Shown here one piece after another: positions 39,501 to 53,400 of a DNA stretch of 64,000 nucleotides. Within the stretch, counting starts at the first letter, position 1, and the number at the start of each line of letters is the position of its first letter. Under the pieces are notes generated by a model. It searched no databases. It saw nothing but the letters and a program-made list of their open reading frames with translations, and had not been told where the DNA came from. This stretch comes from Styela clava (Eukaryota), in the NCBI RefSeq assembly GCF_964204865.1, contig NC_135257.1, positions 10,292,001 through 10,356,000 on the forward strand, read 5' to 3'. The position numbers and the translations under genes were made by a program.

Positions 39501-42500
39501 ATAGAACTGATATGGGAATAAAATTATGGCCTAACCATAAACTGGTACACATACTACGTTCCGGTGTCCGCGATCTTAATACGCATACTTCAAGAGCACT
39601 TCATTTTCTTCCAACCCAGAGTTCAAAAAATGCTATGATCCCCTCATACGTATCTACATATTTATTCAGTCTATAAATAATTTCTAGACCAGTTATTTTG
39701 CAGGAAAATGACCAATTGTACCCTGCTTTTGCATCCCCATAAATAAAAACCTAAGTAAACAACCTTAGAGCGATGCTAGCTGTTGAGAATGTTAGGAATA
39801 TGAGATCTACATAGTTCCAGTTGTCACTGAAGTAACTTCGCGGTCCTCTCTTCTCACATTCCTGAATTTCTTGCACCCATTTCCCAAGAATCCAGACGAA
39901 AATTAACCATTCAACTGTTGTAGGTAACGCACCTGAAATGAACGAAATATGTTATAAAAATTCAATCGCATTATTTCGTCAGATGCGAAATTAGCAAATT
40001 CAATGATTCATTTCACAAGAATATGTAACACTTTTCACTTATTTGTAACAACCTTGTAAATATAAAAAAAAAATGGAAAAGTTACCCAAAACGTCGTTTT
40101 CCACCGTATGTGATATGATGTTGAAAAACAAGAGTACGCAAAATACTATATCCGACATCAGGTGACAGAAGAATAAAACAGTGGGAAGCTTTATTAAACC
40201 TGAAATAAAATTTGTTTATGCGATTGTTATAAAAAAAGATGACATGAAAAGTGTAATACAAAGTGATATGCAATTGGGTACAGTTACGGAAAAGTAAGCT
40301 ATAAAATTCTGTACTTTACTTACTCCCAAGCTTGCTGTTTGGAGCAAAGATGTAAAATATTGATAGAATGGGAAACATAAGTCCGATCAATACTGAAATC
40401 AATGAACGAGAGTACCATCCTTTTTTCCTGAGGAATGGAGTTCCTCTATTGCGAATGTAAGCCATTGCAAGCTAAATTAAACGAAAAATCACGATTATAT
40501 CTTTTTTAAATTACCCCAAGAATAGATCTGAAAATGCCACTAAACTTTTGTGTCCAAGCAAAACTGTAAAGTGTTCGAGGTGTATCAGTACAAGCATAAA
40601 GTTTGACAAAGGCTGTACTAATTCAGAGAGGATTAACTAATGTGTACGTACGACATAATATTAACTTTCAAATATGTTTCAAACTTCCCTATAGTAGTCA
40701 AAAACAATTTAGCCTATATATAATTGAATTCGCAATACCCATTTTGGCTTGTGCCATTTGTCGTTACGAACTGTTTGTGCACATGTTTGCATGACGCTAA
40801 TTCACTTTTTGTATTAAAAAAAAAACTCTACAACCTGCGGCTGTCGATGTGTCACGAATCTAGAAAGATTTTCATCGCTGGCACTTTCCAATAATTTGAA
40901 TCTGTTTCCAAGTTGACAGCGATTTTTTGATTCTTTCAGGAAGGATCGAAAATCCGATTTTTCTGATGTCATAGGCTCGTAATCGTAATGGAAAAAATCT
41001 GCAAGTTCTTGTGACGAACAGATCTTAAATAAATATATTTATTTAAATATTCACCAATTCATTGACACTTGTACGACTAACATTATATTTATATATATGC
41101 TTTATTATCAAACTTTTCTCCCATATTGAATACTTAGTAATTAGTTGGATTAAAAGGACCGATTTGGTTCGAAGACAAAAATCTTGAATCCTATAGGCTC
41201 CTCATTGACATCGTATTTTTACATTAATGTGAAAAAAGGGATAATCGTTAAATTTACAACTTGACAAAAACTTATAATTTACCTCGTCAAGTAGTGAACA
41301 CATGTAATCTTCTAAATTGTCTGTCAACCCTTTATAAAACGCGTATTCGTGATATTTTTGTGCGTATATCTTGTTTGATTGAATTTCCCCGAGGCAATAA
41401 GTTATTGGGTTTTTACGACCAAGCTATAAAATGAACAGTTTATTAAGATTAGATTATTGTATTGCCCGATAGGGCTGTGTAGCTTGAGAAAAGTAGAATA
41501 TAACTTCGACTCATTTTTAGTCAAAAATCACAATTCTCGACTCGGGAGAAGTTTCAATACAACTTCTAATATATAGAAATTTCAGTCTCCGACCCCACAG
41601 TGCATGAAATGCACGCACGTTGTGGGACTATGTCTATATATAAATATATTAATATATAAATTCAATAAGTTATCATAAACACAACATTACATGTTTTTTA
41701 TAGAATTTGTTGAAAACAAATTATTTTATAAACGTCTTACCTCTGACATCAAGGTGATGAACGCGGGACAAGCCCTTGCTTTTGAAATCATTCGTCTCTC
41801 ATTGCAAGCTTCCCATGCTTCTTCATATCCGTCTCCCCAATCACATATCGTCTAATCAAACGAGAAAGCATAATTGAGGGAAGGGAAGAGAGTATAGATC
41901 ACAGACCCACAAACCATTTCCTCTGTGAGATACTTATCCAACGCTTCTGAATTGCCTTATATATGCGCGCTATATTCATTGAATTGAAACCAATAGGCTA
42001 TGTAGATTCTAGATTGTAGATGAATATTAACCAATTATTAGCTCCAAAATGTGGATGTGTTTCCTATGTGTCCGTGTAGGCTACATGATATGTCAAAATA
42101 TTTCACGGAATAAAAATGAAAACAAAGAGTCGCGAATAGCGGGAGGCTGAAATTTAGATTTATAAACGCCTGGTTTTGTCTCCACAAACAAGTGATAAAA
42201 TAAAAATTGGAATGAGCTATTCTGTAATTCATAACTGCAAGAAATGTCATGAGGTTGCGTCCTAAAAAATTCATTTTTGCATTTTCTGTCTGTTTTGATA
42301 GTCTTTAAAAATTGGCGTGCCACTTCCCGATCCTATTTGTTTACTTTAATTTTGTGAATATTTCCAATTGTATCACCCCAATTTTTTGATAACGTCCAGG
42401 TGTCACGAGCATTTTCAAATGCGTACCCAGCCGTCTTTGCCAGTCCCTAATCTGGCAACATTAATTTTTTCTCTTTTGTTTTTGTGAATTTGGCGGCGCG

Positions 42501-45500
42501 CCTCCCGTTGGTGAGTTTTGAACAATTTGCTTGCGAGTCTCAATGTTCTCCATGTTTTTTTTTGATAGCTCTTTTTAGTTAGAGTGAGGATTATCAAATA
42601 GAATAAATTGTTAGTTTTGTCGGAATAAACTGTGCCATTAACTTCCGCCGCTGCAATGAAGTCAGTCTCTGCGGCAAGGGCTGGATTATCAGTCTGCGTT
42701 GGAATTGGCTTCTCAGGTATTTCTGGTATTACCAGCACATCATATTCATATCACACCACATCACTCCATAGTCTTCGCCGGTCAAGAAAGCCAGTTTTTA
42801 CATACTCACTCATCAACTAACTAAATAACTTGTATATATACGGTACTACCAATTGCAAAAAATGAAAACTTACGCTTAGTCTATGGTCTCGCTCATATAA
42901 AAGTGACAAAATTTCATAATTGTTGTTGTAAGCTGCCAAAAGCATTGGCGTCATTCCAATGTGAAAGTAATGGTTTTCTCCGGATATTTTTGCATTTGTA
43001 CCTGAATCACAATCCAATATCGCCTTCACACCGTCAACAAAATCACTTTCTATTGCATGAAATATAGCTTCACCAATGTTTACCTTAACATGAACATGTT
43101 GCCTTGAATAAACGAGAGCAGTTCCCAAAAATATGGACACGAAAGTCAAATAGCTTAACTTCGAAGGAAATCACCCTATTTTGTCGCCGCTCTTTCTGAT
43201 GCCCTCATTTCGCTGACAAATATATGTTGTTTAATATTTATATTCAAATATTGGAACAATCTTGGAATCAGAGAAGTGTGTGGTATTTCGGTAAAACATT
43301 CATCTGGTTCATGCGGCATTAAATTCACTCATATTCATTTGGTAATTATCATTGTTGTGCTTCCCGCAGAAATTGAAATAAGTTAAATATGCCGCATTCT
43401 AGTCAAGAAATACCGACTTGGAATTTCCGTCTTAGGCCAGAAATCATCCGAAACTACTTGATTTAAAAACTAAGAGGTGAAATTGGTTGAATTTTCTAAA
43501 CCTTAAGGCTGACAGACATAAAGCATAAACATTTGTACCCGCAACTGGCAAGCACTGAGTTTCCGGAACAAAACCATGGACAAGCTTGACAGAAAAAAAT
43601 TCGACGGAAAAGTAATAAATTAGTTTACAACATTAGTTTCACACCCGTGTCTAATGAGTAGGAAATTCACCCACCTGCTTTTTCAGTAAAATATTGATCA
43701 TCATCAAGTTTCTGTTTTCAATTGAAATGATCAAAGCTGATTTCTCGCGTTCATCTACACAATTTTTATCGAAGCTAACAGTTTTATCCATCTTTGCTAA
43801 CGTAAATATAGTTTCTACTTCTTTCTGCATCTCATGTTTAACGCAGCAAAGGTAGAACGCGTCTATAGACTCATCACTGGAATAGCAAAAGAGTACAAGA
43901 ATCACTTAAAGATTTTTTTCATATTGGAAACAAAGTAGGGCGAGCCTAAAAATATGGTCACAGGTACTCCTGGCAACCATAAGACGTCAATAAAAATCAC
44001 TAGATAAATTTAAACTCGAATAACTTGGGCTCATTCTGTGTCGTGATTTCGTAGTAAAGACAATGTTTGTATATATTCGACATGCAGTATAAAATCACAG
44101 TCACTTAGCCATAAAACCACTCATCCACGCATACAGGAAGCCATCATACGTAATGGATGTTTCTCCGATTCTTGACCCCAAAATGCTACATGTACTTTGC
44201 AAAGGATGGTATGCTTATTTTAAAAGTTTTTTTTTTGCGAAACGGCTCTTACAAACTGGTTTACGACGAAACTTAAACTCCTTTTATTTTTGGTACTCCC
44301 GTGGTATGTGCAACAAGATGGCGGACACCGGAACGTAGTATGTGTATCAGGTTAGGGTTAGGCTTTGATTTCAGGTACAAATACTATGGGAGTCACTTGG
44401 CTAGTTCTCGAACTCGTAATAGATCTGAAATAAGAACAATTGGAATAAAATTATGGCCTAACCTGGTACCGGTACACATACTATATTCAGGCGTCCGCCA
44501 TCTTGTTGCACATACTACGGGAGCGCCGATTTATCTACATTCGTTTTACGTTTATTTTAGTATTAATACTGAAACATACTCTGACAGATCATGTAGACAT
44601 CTTCGAACATTGTAGCCCGCCGTTATAGTTTCGATCTGCGTCTTATCAAGCCCATATCTCCGTTTCTTCCTTTGACGATATTCCCACAGAGTGGCTGGAG
44701 TCCACGACAATGCTGAACCAAAAGCATTTTTCTATCAAACGTTTAATTGACGTTGACATAAATTACTAACTTTAGATAAAGGCGTGGTTTTGCGTAGTTC
44801 GTTTTTATGCGGGGCAAAACTACACTCAAACTTACCCGGTTTCGAAACCTTTCTCAAATGGAATTTGGCATCCTTCAGTGCGCGTGGAGTTACCACTTCT
44901 GTGAGACCTGGTGTATCACTCACATTCATGCCACCATACACTCGATTATTGTACATCTTCTTGACGTAAATTATAAATAAAATACAATATATAAGAAAAT
45001 TATTTACGAACATTAATATAGTATACAGGTGTTCAAACATCCTATGTAGCCCCACAGCACTGATATTGTAGCATTTCCCATAATCGATGCAACCCTCAAG
45101 ATCGGAATGCAAGCAGTGATTGGTAGTCTAATTATTGATTACAGTTCAACGCAAACCACATCACAATTTTCACAACAATATGTCGGCTACAAAGAAATAC
45201 AGCAATTTTCCGTTCCGTATAATTTGAGCATTCTTCTCTTATGGGATACTTCATCTAGGCAACTGCAGAAAATATTTACCTACCTCCGAAATTTGCGTTT
45301 GCGCAAAAAATTGCATTTCATTGTTATATAATACTCATTGAATCAACACAAACCAATGAAATGTATCTTCCATATATATACAAACAAATATAAAGTTCTG
45401 AGATTTGTTTCTAAACCACGCGAAATGACATCATTCGGTTTACATTACAATGTTATTAATATACCGATACAGCAACTTATGCCATAGCCTACGAAAAACG

Positions 45501-46309
45501 TTCCTCTAATTCCTGATCACCGATTTACGTTAAATATTACCACCATTTGAAACTACCTTGCCATCTGATCGAGTTGTGTCTCGAATTTTAAAATTGAATA
45601 TGTTTTCATCGGAATCCGAAGATGTAGAATATTTCTTTGGCGAAACTGAAATAATGTGAATAAAATATTTTTAAATTTGGAGTATTCTTGTAAATGATTT
45701 AAGTTTGGAAATATGGCGTATAACTTTGACTTTGATCAAGTTATTATATTTAATCAATAGTTTTGTAGTATGAATTGGTATTTTGTGAAATGGTATGTAG
45801 TAAAAATCGAATGTATACCGACACCCTCCATGCCCCAAATATTCATTAGTACAGTATAGTCATAATTGTGGAGTTCACGTAAGATTTTTTTTGTTGCTTT
45901 TGAAGTATATATCTACATTTTTATGTTTAGTTTGGATACTACTCAGTCAAACGACCGAGTTCAGCTATACCACCGACTTGTTTTGATTATTCGCTGATTT
46001 TGAAAACTTACTTGTGTATTTTTGTATTGTCCTTGGTGAATTTCTAAAATCAAACCTTTTGTTATCAATTAGCTTGCTGGTTCTGTTTGTTCTTCTGATT
46101 CTCTCATTCACTGATTTTCGTTCGAATATATTGAAGCTTTGACTTCGACTCGGAATGTCACGACAACGGAGGCGCATTTTTGGTTGATTGAATTTATTTG
46201 GAGACTCATCCCACCCCCTTTCGGCATCATCCAAATACAATGGATTTAAATAGAACGGAACTTTTGCTTTATGCTTCTCCGGACGGTTTGGTTGGTTTTG
46301 AAACGACAT
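36536..46309 (-). CDS. TRPC-like (canonical-type transient receptor potential) cation channel, divergent, 16 exons
   Basis: Minus-strand exons: 46309-46012, 45645-45557, 44959-44767, 44712-44580, 43876-43675, 43083-42874, 41851-41741, 41423-41283, 41023-40835, 40471-40324, 40199-40086, 39932-39764, 39113-38953, 38615-38358, 37847-37677, 37254-36536. Motifs: ankyrin repeats (SALIISIENRN, GEAIFHAI, GMTPMLLAAYNNNYEILSLL), FVTHRQPQ, S2-S3 EWLIFVWILG..WNYVD, S4-S5 LGPLQVSLGRM, pore LFWALFG, S6 NMLIAMLNNSY, TRP box EWKFHR plus PPPMNLIP. The first four exons are phase-consistent but not supported by homology. Confidence 0.9.
39383..39599. mobile_element. Family B MITE, diverged copy
   Basis: Inverted pair accggaacgtagtat.. 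/ ..atactacgttccggt; internal sequence shared with 44292-44527. Confidence 0.75.
44292..44527. mobile_element. Family B MITE (related to A) with ~55-bp terminal inverted repeats
   Basis: GGTACTCCCGTGGTATGTGCAACAAGATGGCGGACACC.. versus ..GGCGTCCGCCATCTTGTTGCACATACTACGGGAGCGCC; internal GGTTAGGGTTAGG. Confidence 0.85.
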
Positions 46310-49300
46310 ATTTATTTCGCAAATATTAGTCTGGAAAGTTTCAGTTTCAAGCTTTTATCAATTATAACACTGAACAAAAATTCGGACATTCATTGTTTTT
46401 TGCCTAACCAAATAAGAAGTTATTTAACGGAGAGTGGTGATCGCTTAAACAGATACATTTTCAGTTGAATCGATGATATACTTATCCGTGATCGATTGTA
46501 TAAACATATCTTACTTCATAAATGTATAAATTTGCATTGTACAAACAAACACAAGTACAGCTTTGTTTCTGAGTAATACATATTATAGATGATATCCGGA
46601 ATTAACTAATATCCGGGAATAAAGTATCGATGTATAGTTGTTTCAAATTTTATTGAACTGTTGAAATGTGTGTGCGTGAAAATCTAACAACTTCGTCACC
46701 GCAAGATAAAAATAAACTTGAGGGCGGGGTTTAAAAAAATAATGAGAATTTACTGATGGTTTTACTACTAACTTTTCCAATGTATCACCATCCGTTGGCA
46801 GTAGTGTTATTGCATTTACACGATTATATAAGTCAAGTAGTCCGTGATTTGTATTACAATTACAGCGAATCGCAAATAATAGTAGGCTACACCTCAAATG
46901 TAACCTCTACTCACTAGCTTGTATCCACTATCAATCAGCCCATATTCTCATTGATCAACATTATCCTATTCACTACCATTTACAAAAGATTGGACTTGCT
47001 GATGTAAAATCTCGAAAAAATTTCTAGTTATGACTAGTACTATGTTATTGGGATACTAAAAGTAAGGAAAAGAACAAATGACGCGGGTAACCCTCAATTT
47101 TTTTTTTAAATATTTGCCAAATAATACCGGAAAACAAGCAATAATTCACGGTTGTGTCACAGTGAATATACGTCAACGGAACTGACATGTAGAGAATGAA
47201 GTAATATCATGATAGGACGTGGAATTGTGGAATGATAATTTTTTAGTCTCACTAGAAGACAAGAATAATTGATAGGTATAGTTATTATTCAGTGGGCTTG
47301 AATTCAGTACAGTATTATCTTTCATCATGCTTGTTGTCGAATAAATTATCCACGCTGTTACGCCTAATCGCATTTTCAGCATCCCATTCTATCACATCAT
47401 CTCTGTTTCATTTCAAGATATTTATTCAACTAAATTCAATGTTTCATTGTTTTCTATAACAACCATAGATAAATGTGGCAGGATGTTTCACGCATTAACT
47501 ATCCCAAAATTGTTTACACGTTTATATCTGCGGTATATAAATTTTGTTATATCTGTTGGGATTTGATATATTTGTTGGGATTTTCAAGAAATTGGGCAAC
47601 AGTAACAGAAATTTTTAACAACCAACAAATTTGTCTGCAACCACTCTACTGTCAAATTCCAATTCGACAATAATATTCGATGTATTACAAACGAGAGAAA
47701 AATAAAAACGGTTCAACCTCTTTTTTAATTTGCATCTGTTTGTACCAACGTTGCTATTTTCATAAGTGCTAGTTCGACTCAAAGTCGAACACACCTCAAC
47801 ATATAGTTTTTGAATGACATACAATATATCTATCTTAATATTTGACCAATTAGATGATTCTTGGACCTATATAGAATGCTTTTATTCGTCGCATCCTCTT
47901 TCCAGGGCAGAATCCATAGATATAATTTGGCGCTTGGGTTGATTCAGTTTAAAAAATTACTTCAATTTTAACAGAGCTAATAAAAAATCAATACTGAAAA
48001 ACCAAAAAGTTTAATGTACTAAAATACCGAAAAATATTGTGCCTATTTATACCCAAACCTGGCAACCTCAAGTCCGTACGCTATTACGCTTCCTGAATTA
48101 TTCAAAAGATGTTAGGACGAAACTTAATCTTTTCTACTGTACACGTCGCTGACAAGAATTCGTGCGTTTGCTGTAAAATATCCCGTCTTCAGTTCAGTTT
48201 ACCCAGTGTTTTGTAGGCTTTAATTATTACCCAGTTAAATAGAGTATAATTAGAATAAACGGCCAATCAAATTTTATGAGCAATAAGAACAGCTTGCTAG
48301 TTAGTTATGGAAATGTAAGTGATATCGGCTGAAGAATATCCGACAAACTATGCTCAAATACTGTCGGGATGAAATAAAGTTTTAACTAGTTCAAAATGCA
48401 TCCATATCTAAAGCGAACTGTTCTGTGTATCAGACTCAACCAATGCAGGGTAATAAATCTGAGCAATAAAGATAGAGAAATGTTGACTGTACACATATCG
48501 TCACGCTAATAACCGAATTGCGTAAGTCATTTTTAGCAGTTTTGAAAAAAACTTCCTAATGATATTGCTATGCCATTGAGAGTCAATAATTTGCCATAGT
48601 TCAATTTTTTGATCGTTGCCGAATTTAAGTTAATTTGTATGACGCAGTCATGTGACGTCATTATGGCGCAGAAATGTGTCTATGACTAGGGGACATACGC
48701 AATTTTGCACTTGACTGTATGTACCAGTCCCGGAAACTAAACAATCCAAAAACGAATGTAATTCTTAGTATATACGATGTCTAATCCCCAAAATAGCTAG
48801 TCTGTTTCAATTACATTATTTTTTATGTTTAAAAATATATATTTTATCAATATAACACGCTCTGCACATCCACCGAAATAAGACTAAAGTTAAATATAAA
48901 GAATAAAACAGCAATGTACCTTTATATAAAAGCCAACCAAGGTGAATTCGACTCAGACAGTGATTATCACAAGTGCACGCCTTCCTATACTGTAGTATAA
49001 ATTGAAATTTATAAGCGCTAAGCTAGAATCTGAGATGCAAAAACTCAAAAATCCTTCGCCGAGGTTATTTTGCCTTTGTGACGTCACAATAGTCCTGATA
49101 TAACGATGATAATTTATTATGACGAAACAATTGAAAAATTTGCATATAATACAAAATCTCTATTTTTATGGGTTCCGGAATTCTTAAAATAAAATCTGAG
49201 TTAACAGGCAGATGCGCAGCATTACATAAATACCTATTTTATGAAAAACTCAAAAGCGCCAAAAAAGACTTACGCAATTCGGTTATTAGCGTGACGATAT

Positions 49301-49350
49301 GTCGATAAATGGAAAGGTCGTTCAAATATAGCTTCATTGAGGCTTTAAAG

Positions 49351-49831
49351 CAGGGTGGTTCAAGATTGTCGGCTCCGCGGGCCACAAAATTATTTTTGCA
49401 TTGTTCGCGGGCCACAATAATGCCAAGAATAGGTAAACAGTGCAATACAAAACGAACACTTTTATTGTGCAAACATAATTATCAGGCATAGCCATTCTAG
49501 GCTAATAGAATCCGCATTCAATATTTAGTTTTATCTGATTCCTATATTGTTAGCATATATTCCCGACCAAAAAGTTATATAGCCAGTTAACAATTCAGAC
49601 TGCCAAGCACATCATTCAAATTTCAATTTCGCTAGTTGCCTCAGCTAGCCTTAACTTTATTTAATTCAGGGACATTAGTGATGACAGTATGTCAAAAGAT
49701 TTTTCTGAATAATTTTATGACGAAACAACACGAAATGCGATTTTTTGATTACTCTCCGAATGTGACGCGGGCCACAGATAATGAAGCGACGGGCCACATG
49801 TGGCCCGCAGGCCTGGGTTTGGACCACCCTG
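49351..49831. mobile_element. hAT-like MITE in the TRPC/MS4A intergenic region
   Basis: TIR CAGGGTGGTTCAA / TTGGACCACCCTG; subterminal GCGGGCCACA repeats; TSD CTTTAAAG/CTTTAAGA. Confidence 0.85.
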
Positions 49832-50416
49832 CTTTAAGAGTATATGGTTGAAATGGGGTAGTGAGGACAATTTATAAAGAAAGGGCACATGCAAGGCAAA
49901 AAATAAATGGATTAAAACTGCCTGATATTCAATTGACTGGCTTAAGTCTTTTTACATATTTTTATGATATTTTCTTGTCGGTATCAATAAATTTTGGTGA
50001 TTTGCCCCGTTGAATCACGCATATCGGTTTTGTGTGTTTTCTATATAAAATAGTATTCTTGTTTTAAATAGAACTCAAATTAGCTTTTCCATCATTATTA
50101 AATTTAATAGACTTCAAAGATCATTTTTACCTGTATTAGGTTTGTCTTTGTATATATTTATATAATTCAGACAATAACAGGCAATTGAACTATCTCACAA
50201 GGTTCTCTCGATGCTCTGGAATGCTACATGAATGCTCAACAAAAAAACAACGTTTATTTAAATAGATTGATTGGGTCATATACAGATGAGACCTATTGAA
50301 TACTAAAAAGTCTATGACCAATGCGAAATCAAACCGACGTTCAAGTTATCAACAGATACATTTGCTAATGCAACCATACCATCACGAAAATAGTGTTTCG
50401 TTTCAAATATATATAA

Positions 50417-53400
50417 ATGTATAAAAACATATCAGATTCCGTCGCCAATAGTCAACCCAAAAAAGATAAAGTTATTATTAAAGGTAAGTATGTGTGAGAC
50501 GATGGGATAGTGATTTTAGCTTCTAATACATAAATGGTGAAAGATAAAAATGGTAGAAAAGAATTTCATCGACAGCTGTCATACCATGAAATTACATATT
50601 CCGCCTATCGATGACTTTTGTATAAATCATTACGTTGGTTTAGTTATAGCTATGCAGGCTTACCAAAATGTATTTCTCAGCCTGGCATAACGAATTTTAC
50701 AAGATGAAACAGGATGTTATTTTGAATGATGATCGTGTTTGTAATTTTATATTTTGAAATATACAAAAGCAAGTTTTCTATCCTGTTTAATTTGCTAAAT
50801 ATGTGGAAATTATTTTACAGCTCACCCGCCAAATAGTAATGTGACAAAGCGACCAACAATAGGAAAAAAAATTGACCGGACGCTACCAGTTCCAGAAGGT
50901 GAGCCTCCCAGCAATGCGATCATTCGTGATGATGAAATTCTCGTTCACAATATAAATTTTGAGAAGGTTGAGGAAAATTCTGATATAAAAGAAAGAAAAC
51001 AAAACATTGACACAAAACTTGAAAAAGAAACGGATAAATCTGTGAACAGTAGTATTGAAAATCCAACAGAATGTAACGGTGAAAATAATCACCAGGATAA
51101 AACTGATTCAAATTCCAATTTACCTCCACAGACGAAAATGAAGAAGATTGAAAATATGAATGCAAACAAGATTGATTCCAAGAAAAAGAGCATGGACGAT
51201 GAGAAGACCACGTCCATAAATGGCGATAAGAAAAAATGCAAAGTCACACATAAAATTAGCGAAGAGAAAAATCGCAGCGAATCTCGCAAAACTGAAGAGG
51301 GTATTGTCGTCAATGTCAGCGACGACGCCGAACGAAAGAGGAGAATGATTGGGTTGCACCACAAACATTCACAAACTTCTTTCACTGATTTAGTAAAACT
51401 TGAAACCGAGAATAAATGTTGTAAAGCAGAATGCACACGGACGGAATGCTGTGTATCTACTGCTAAACAATTTAATTCCAAGAAGACAAAGAAAAAGAGA
51501 AGGCGTAGAATTCCTATACGAGTCAAACGAAGAAAAAGCTTCGACATCGTTGTTAATCATATCGCAGATGACAAACATATAAAAAAGGATGAAATGAAAC
51601 TGTTCATTGTTGGGGTGAGTGTGACAATAAAGTTTATAATGATAATAATTGAACCCACTGTGATGGCTCAATCACATTGAGAAACAATTGAACAAACAAA
51701 AAATCAACAAGAACGACAACATAATAACAAAACGATCCATTCGTGTCCAGTGAGAAAATAGTTCCGTCGAAAAATTCTTGTTAGCTAGTTGATCAGAATG
51801 GTTTGTCTAATTTGTAAACTCATTTATAAAGATTAGTGATATTATCAACAGGTTTCTAAAATTTACCCCGATTCATATTAAAATCGTAAAAACAGAATTA
51901 ATTATTCTATTCCGATATCGTCCATTACTTTAAATTACAACTAAGAATTTCGTAGTAACCAATATTACAATTTAAGTTTTCAAAAATATGTTCGATATGT
52001 ATATTTATTTGCTGTTCAAGTAAGGTGTATATACTGCTTGTTATCTCTTCAAAAATGGATTGAGGTTAAGGATTGAGGAAATTAATTTGAATTCTATATA
52101 CCATTCAGAATCCATAATAAATATCAACAGCGATGTATGACTTACCGTTGGTGTAATTCATGGACAGAGAACTCGGCTAATATTGTGTAGATCGATAAGA
52201 ATCACTATATATGTACTTAAAACTTAATACTTACCCTATTGCATAGTTATAATCTGGCTCGTGGCTGTTAAACATATCAGGCAGGACATAAAACTAAAAA
52301 CAAGAAAGATGAAATTTGATGGTTAGAAGCCTCACGTCAGATTTTTTTTAATTCTGAAAGTATATAATACTGTCATATCCAACACATGGTGTTTCGAATG
52401 TGTGATAATATAATTCAATGTGTCCTTTATTTCAAATAGCTGGTATTTGCAGGTATTTCAAATTTGTGCGGGAGCAATTTCTATACCTCTGGGAATAGCA
52501 AACTTTTATATTCAAAGAGTGTCTGGAAAATACGACGTTCTTCCCAGTGGCATATGGTGTGGAATTATCGTAAGTACAGTAACGTATAACTAAACTGTGA
52601 ACTGATGTTAAAATGACACTATATTGAGTTTAATGTGTATTTACGGTGTCAAGGTGGTTGTATTGGCGGTGTCGAATTAAGTTATTCTTAATTGAAGTCG
52701 ATGCAAAACATCTGCCCCTGAAAGCTTAAGTGGAGCTGCTTTCATCTTAAAGTTGATATTTTACAATATTTTATTACATTTATTTTATCTGAAACCCCCT
52801 TAACAAGTGAATGATATATAGTATACCCACTACAAGATTTCGAACGAGTACAATGCATTTGTGTTTGGTCTTCTTAACTTTAAAACTCTAACTGATAACT
52901 GTTTTATGATTAATAAAGCAGTTCACTCAAATGATGATAACGAGTAACATAAAAATTTTCAAAATTGAATTTTCCGAATGAAATTGGACTTATGAGGCAT
53001 ATAAGTCACAAACGTTTTAGCATTCCACAAGAGACAAACAACCTTTTGATTTTTGGTTCAAAACATTCGAATGATGGCTCAAGAAAAATAAATTTACTCA
53101 AATTCCCAGGAGGTTGCTTTCATTGGTGACACATGACTTACAAAATGAACTTTGACTTTGTTGTGCTGCGAATGTAGAGAAAGTATTTGATTGCCAAGTG
53201 CAAAGATAATTCAATGGGTGTCTCGAAATTGACAAATCAAATTTGACTCGGTTTGAGTCAATATCAAAATTAAAATTGATAGGCCTAGGTGGCCGGTAAT
53301 CTTCAGCATGAAGGCTTAAAATTGTTATCTTTTTTCAGTTCATACTAGCGGGAGCCCAAGCTATTATCACCAGTAGATATCCAAGTAAAATAAAGGTGAA

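Noticed and set aside
16561-44615. Short ORFs sharing [14 protein letters not shown]-like peptides (16561, 20915, 23612, 39437, 44301)
   Set aside because: They are translations of the repeated family A/B elements, not a peptide gene family; frames and lengths are not conserved.
44732-44770. A 39-nt micro-intron in the TRPC-like 5' region
   Set aside because: An alternative in-frame 54-nt intron (44713-44766) with a better acceptor explains the junction; it cannot be resolved without transcripts.
50883-51671. Multiple minus-strand ORFs (and the similar ones at 16257-16538)
   Set aside because: Antisense shadows of A-rich, charged-residue exons; no splice or homology support.
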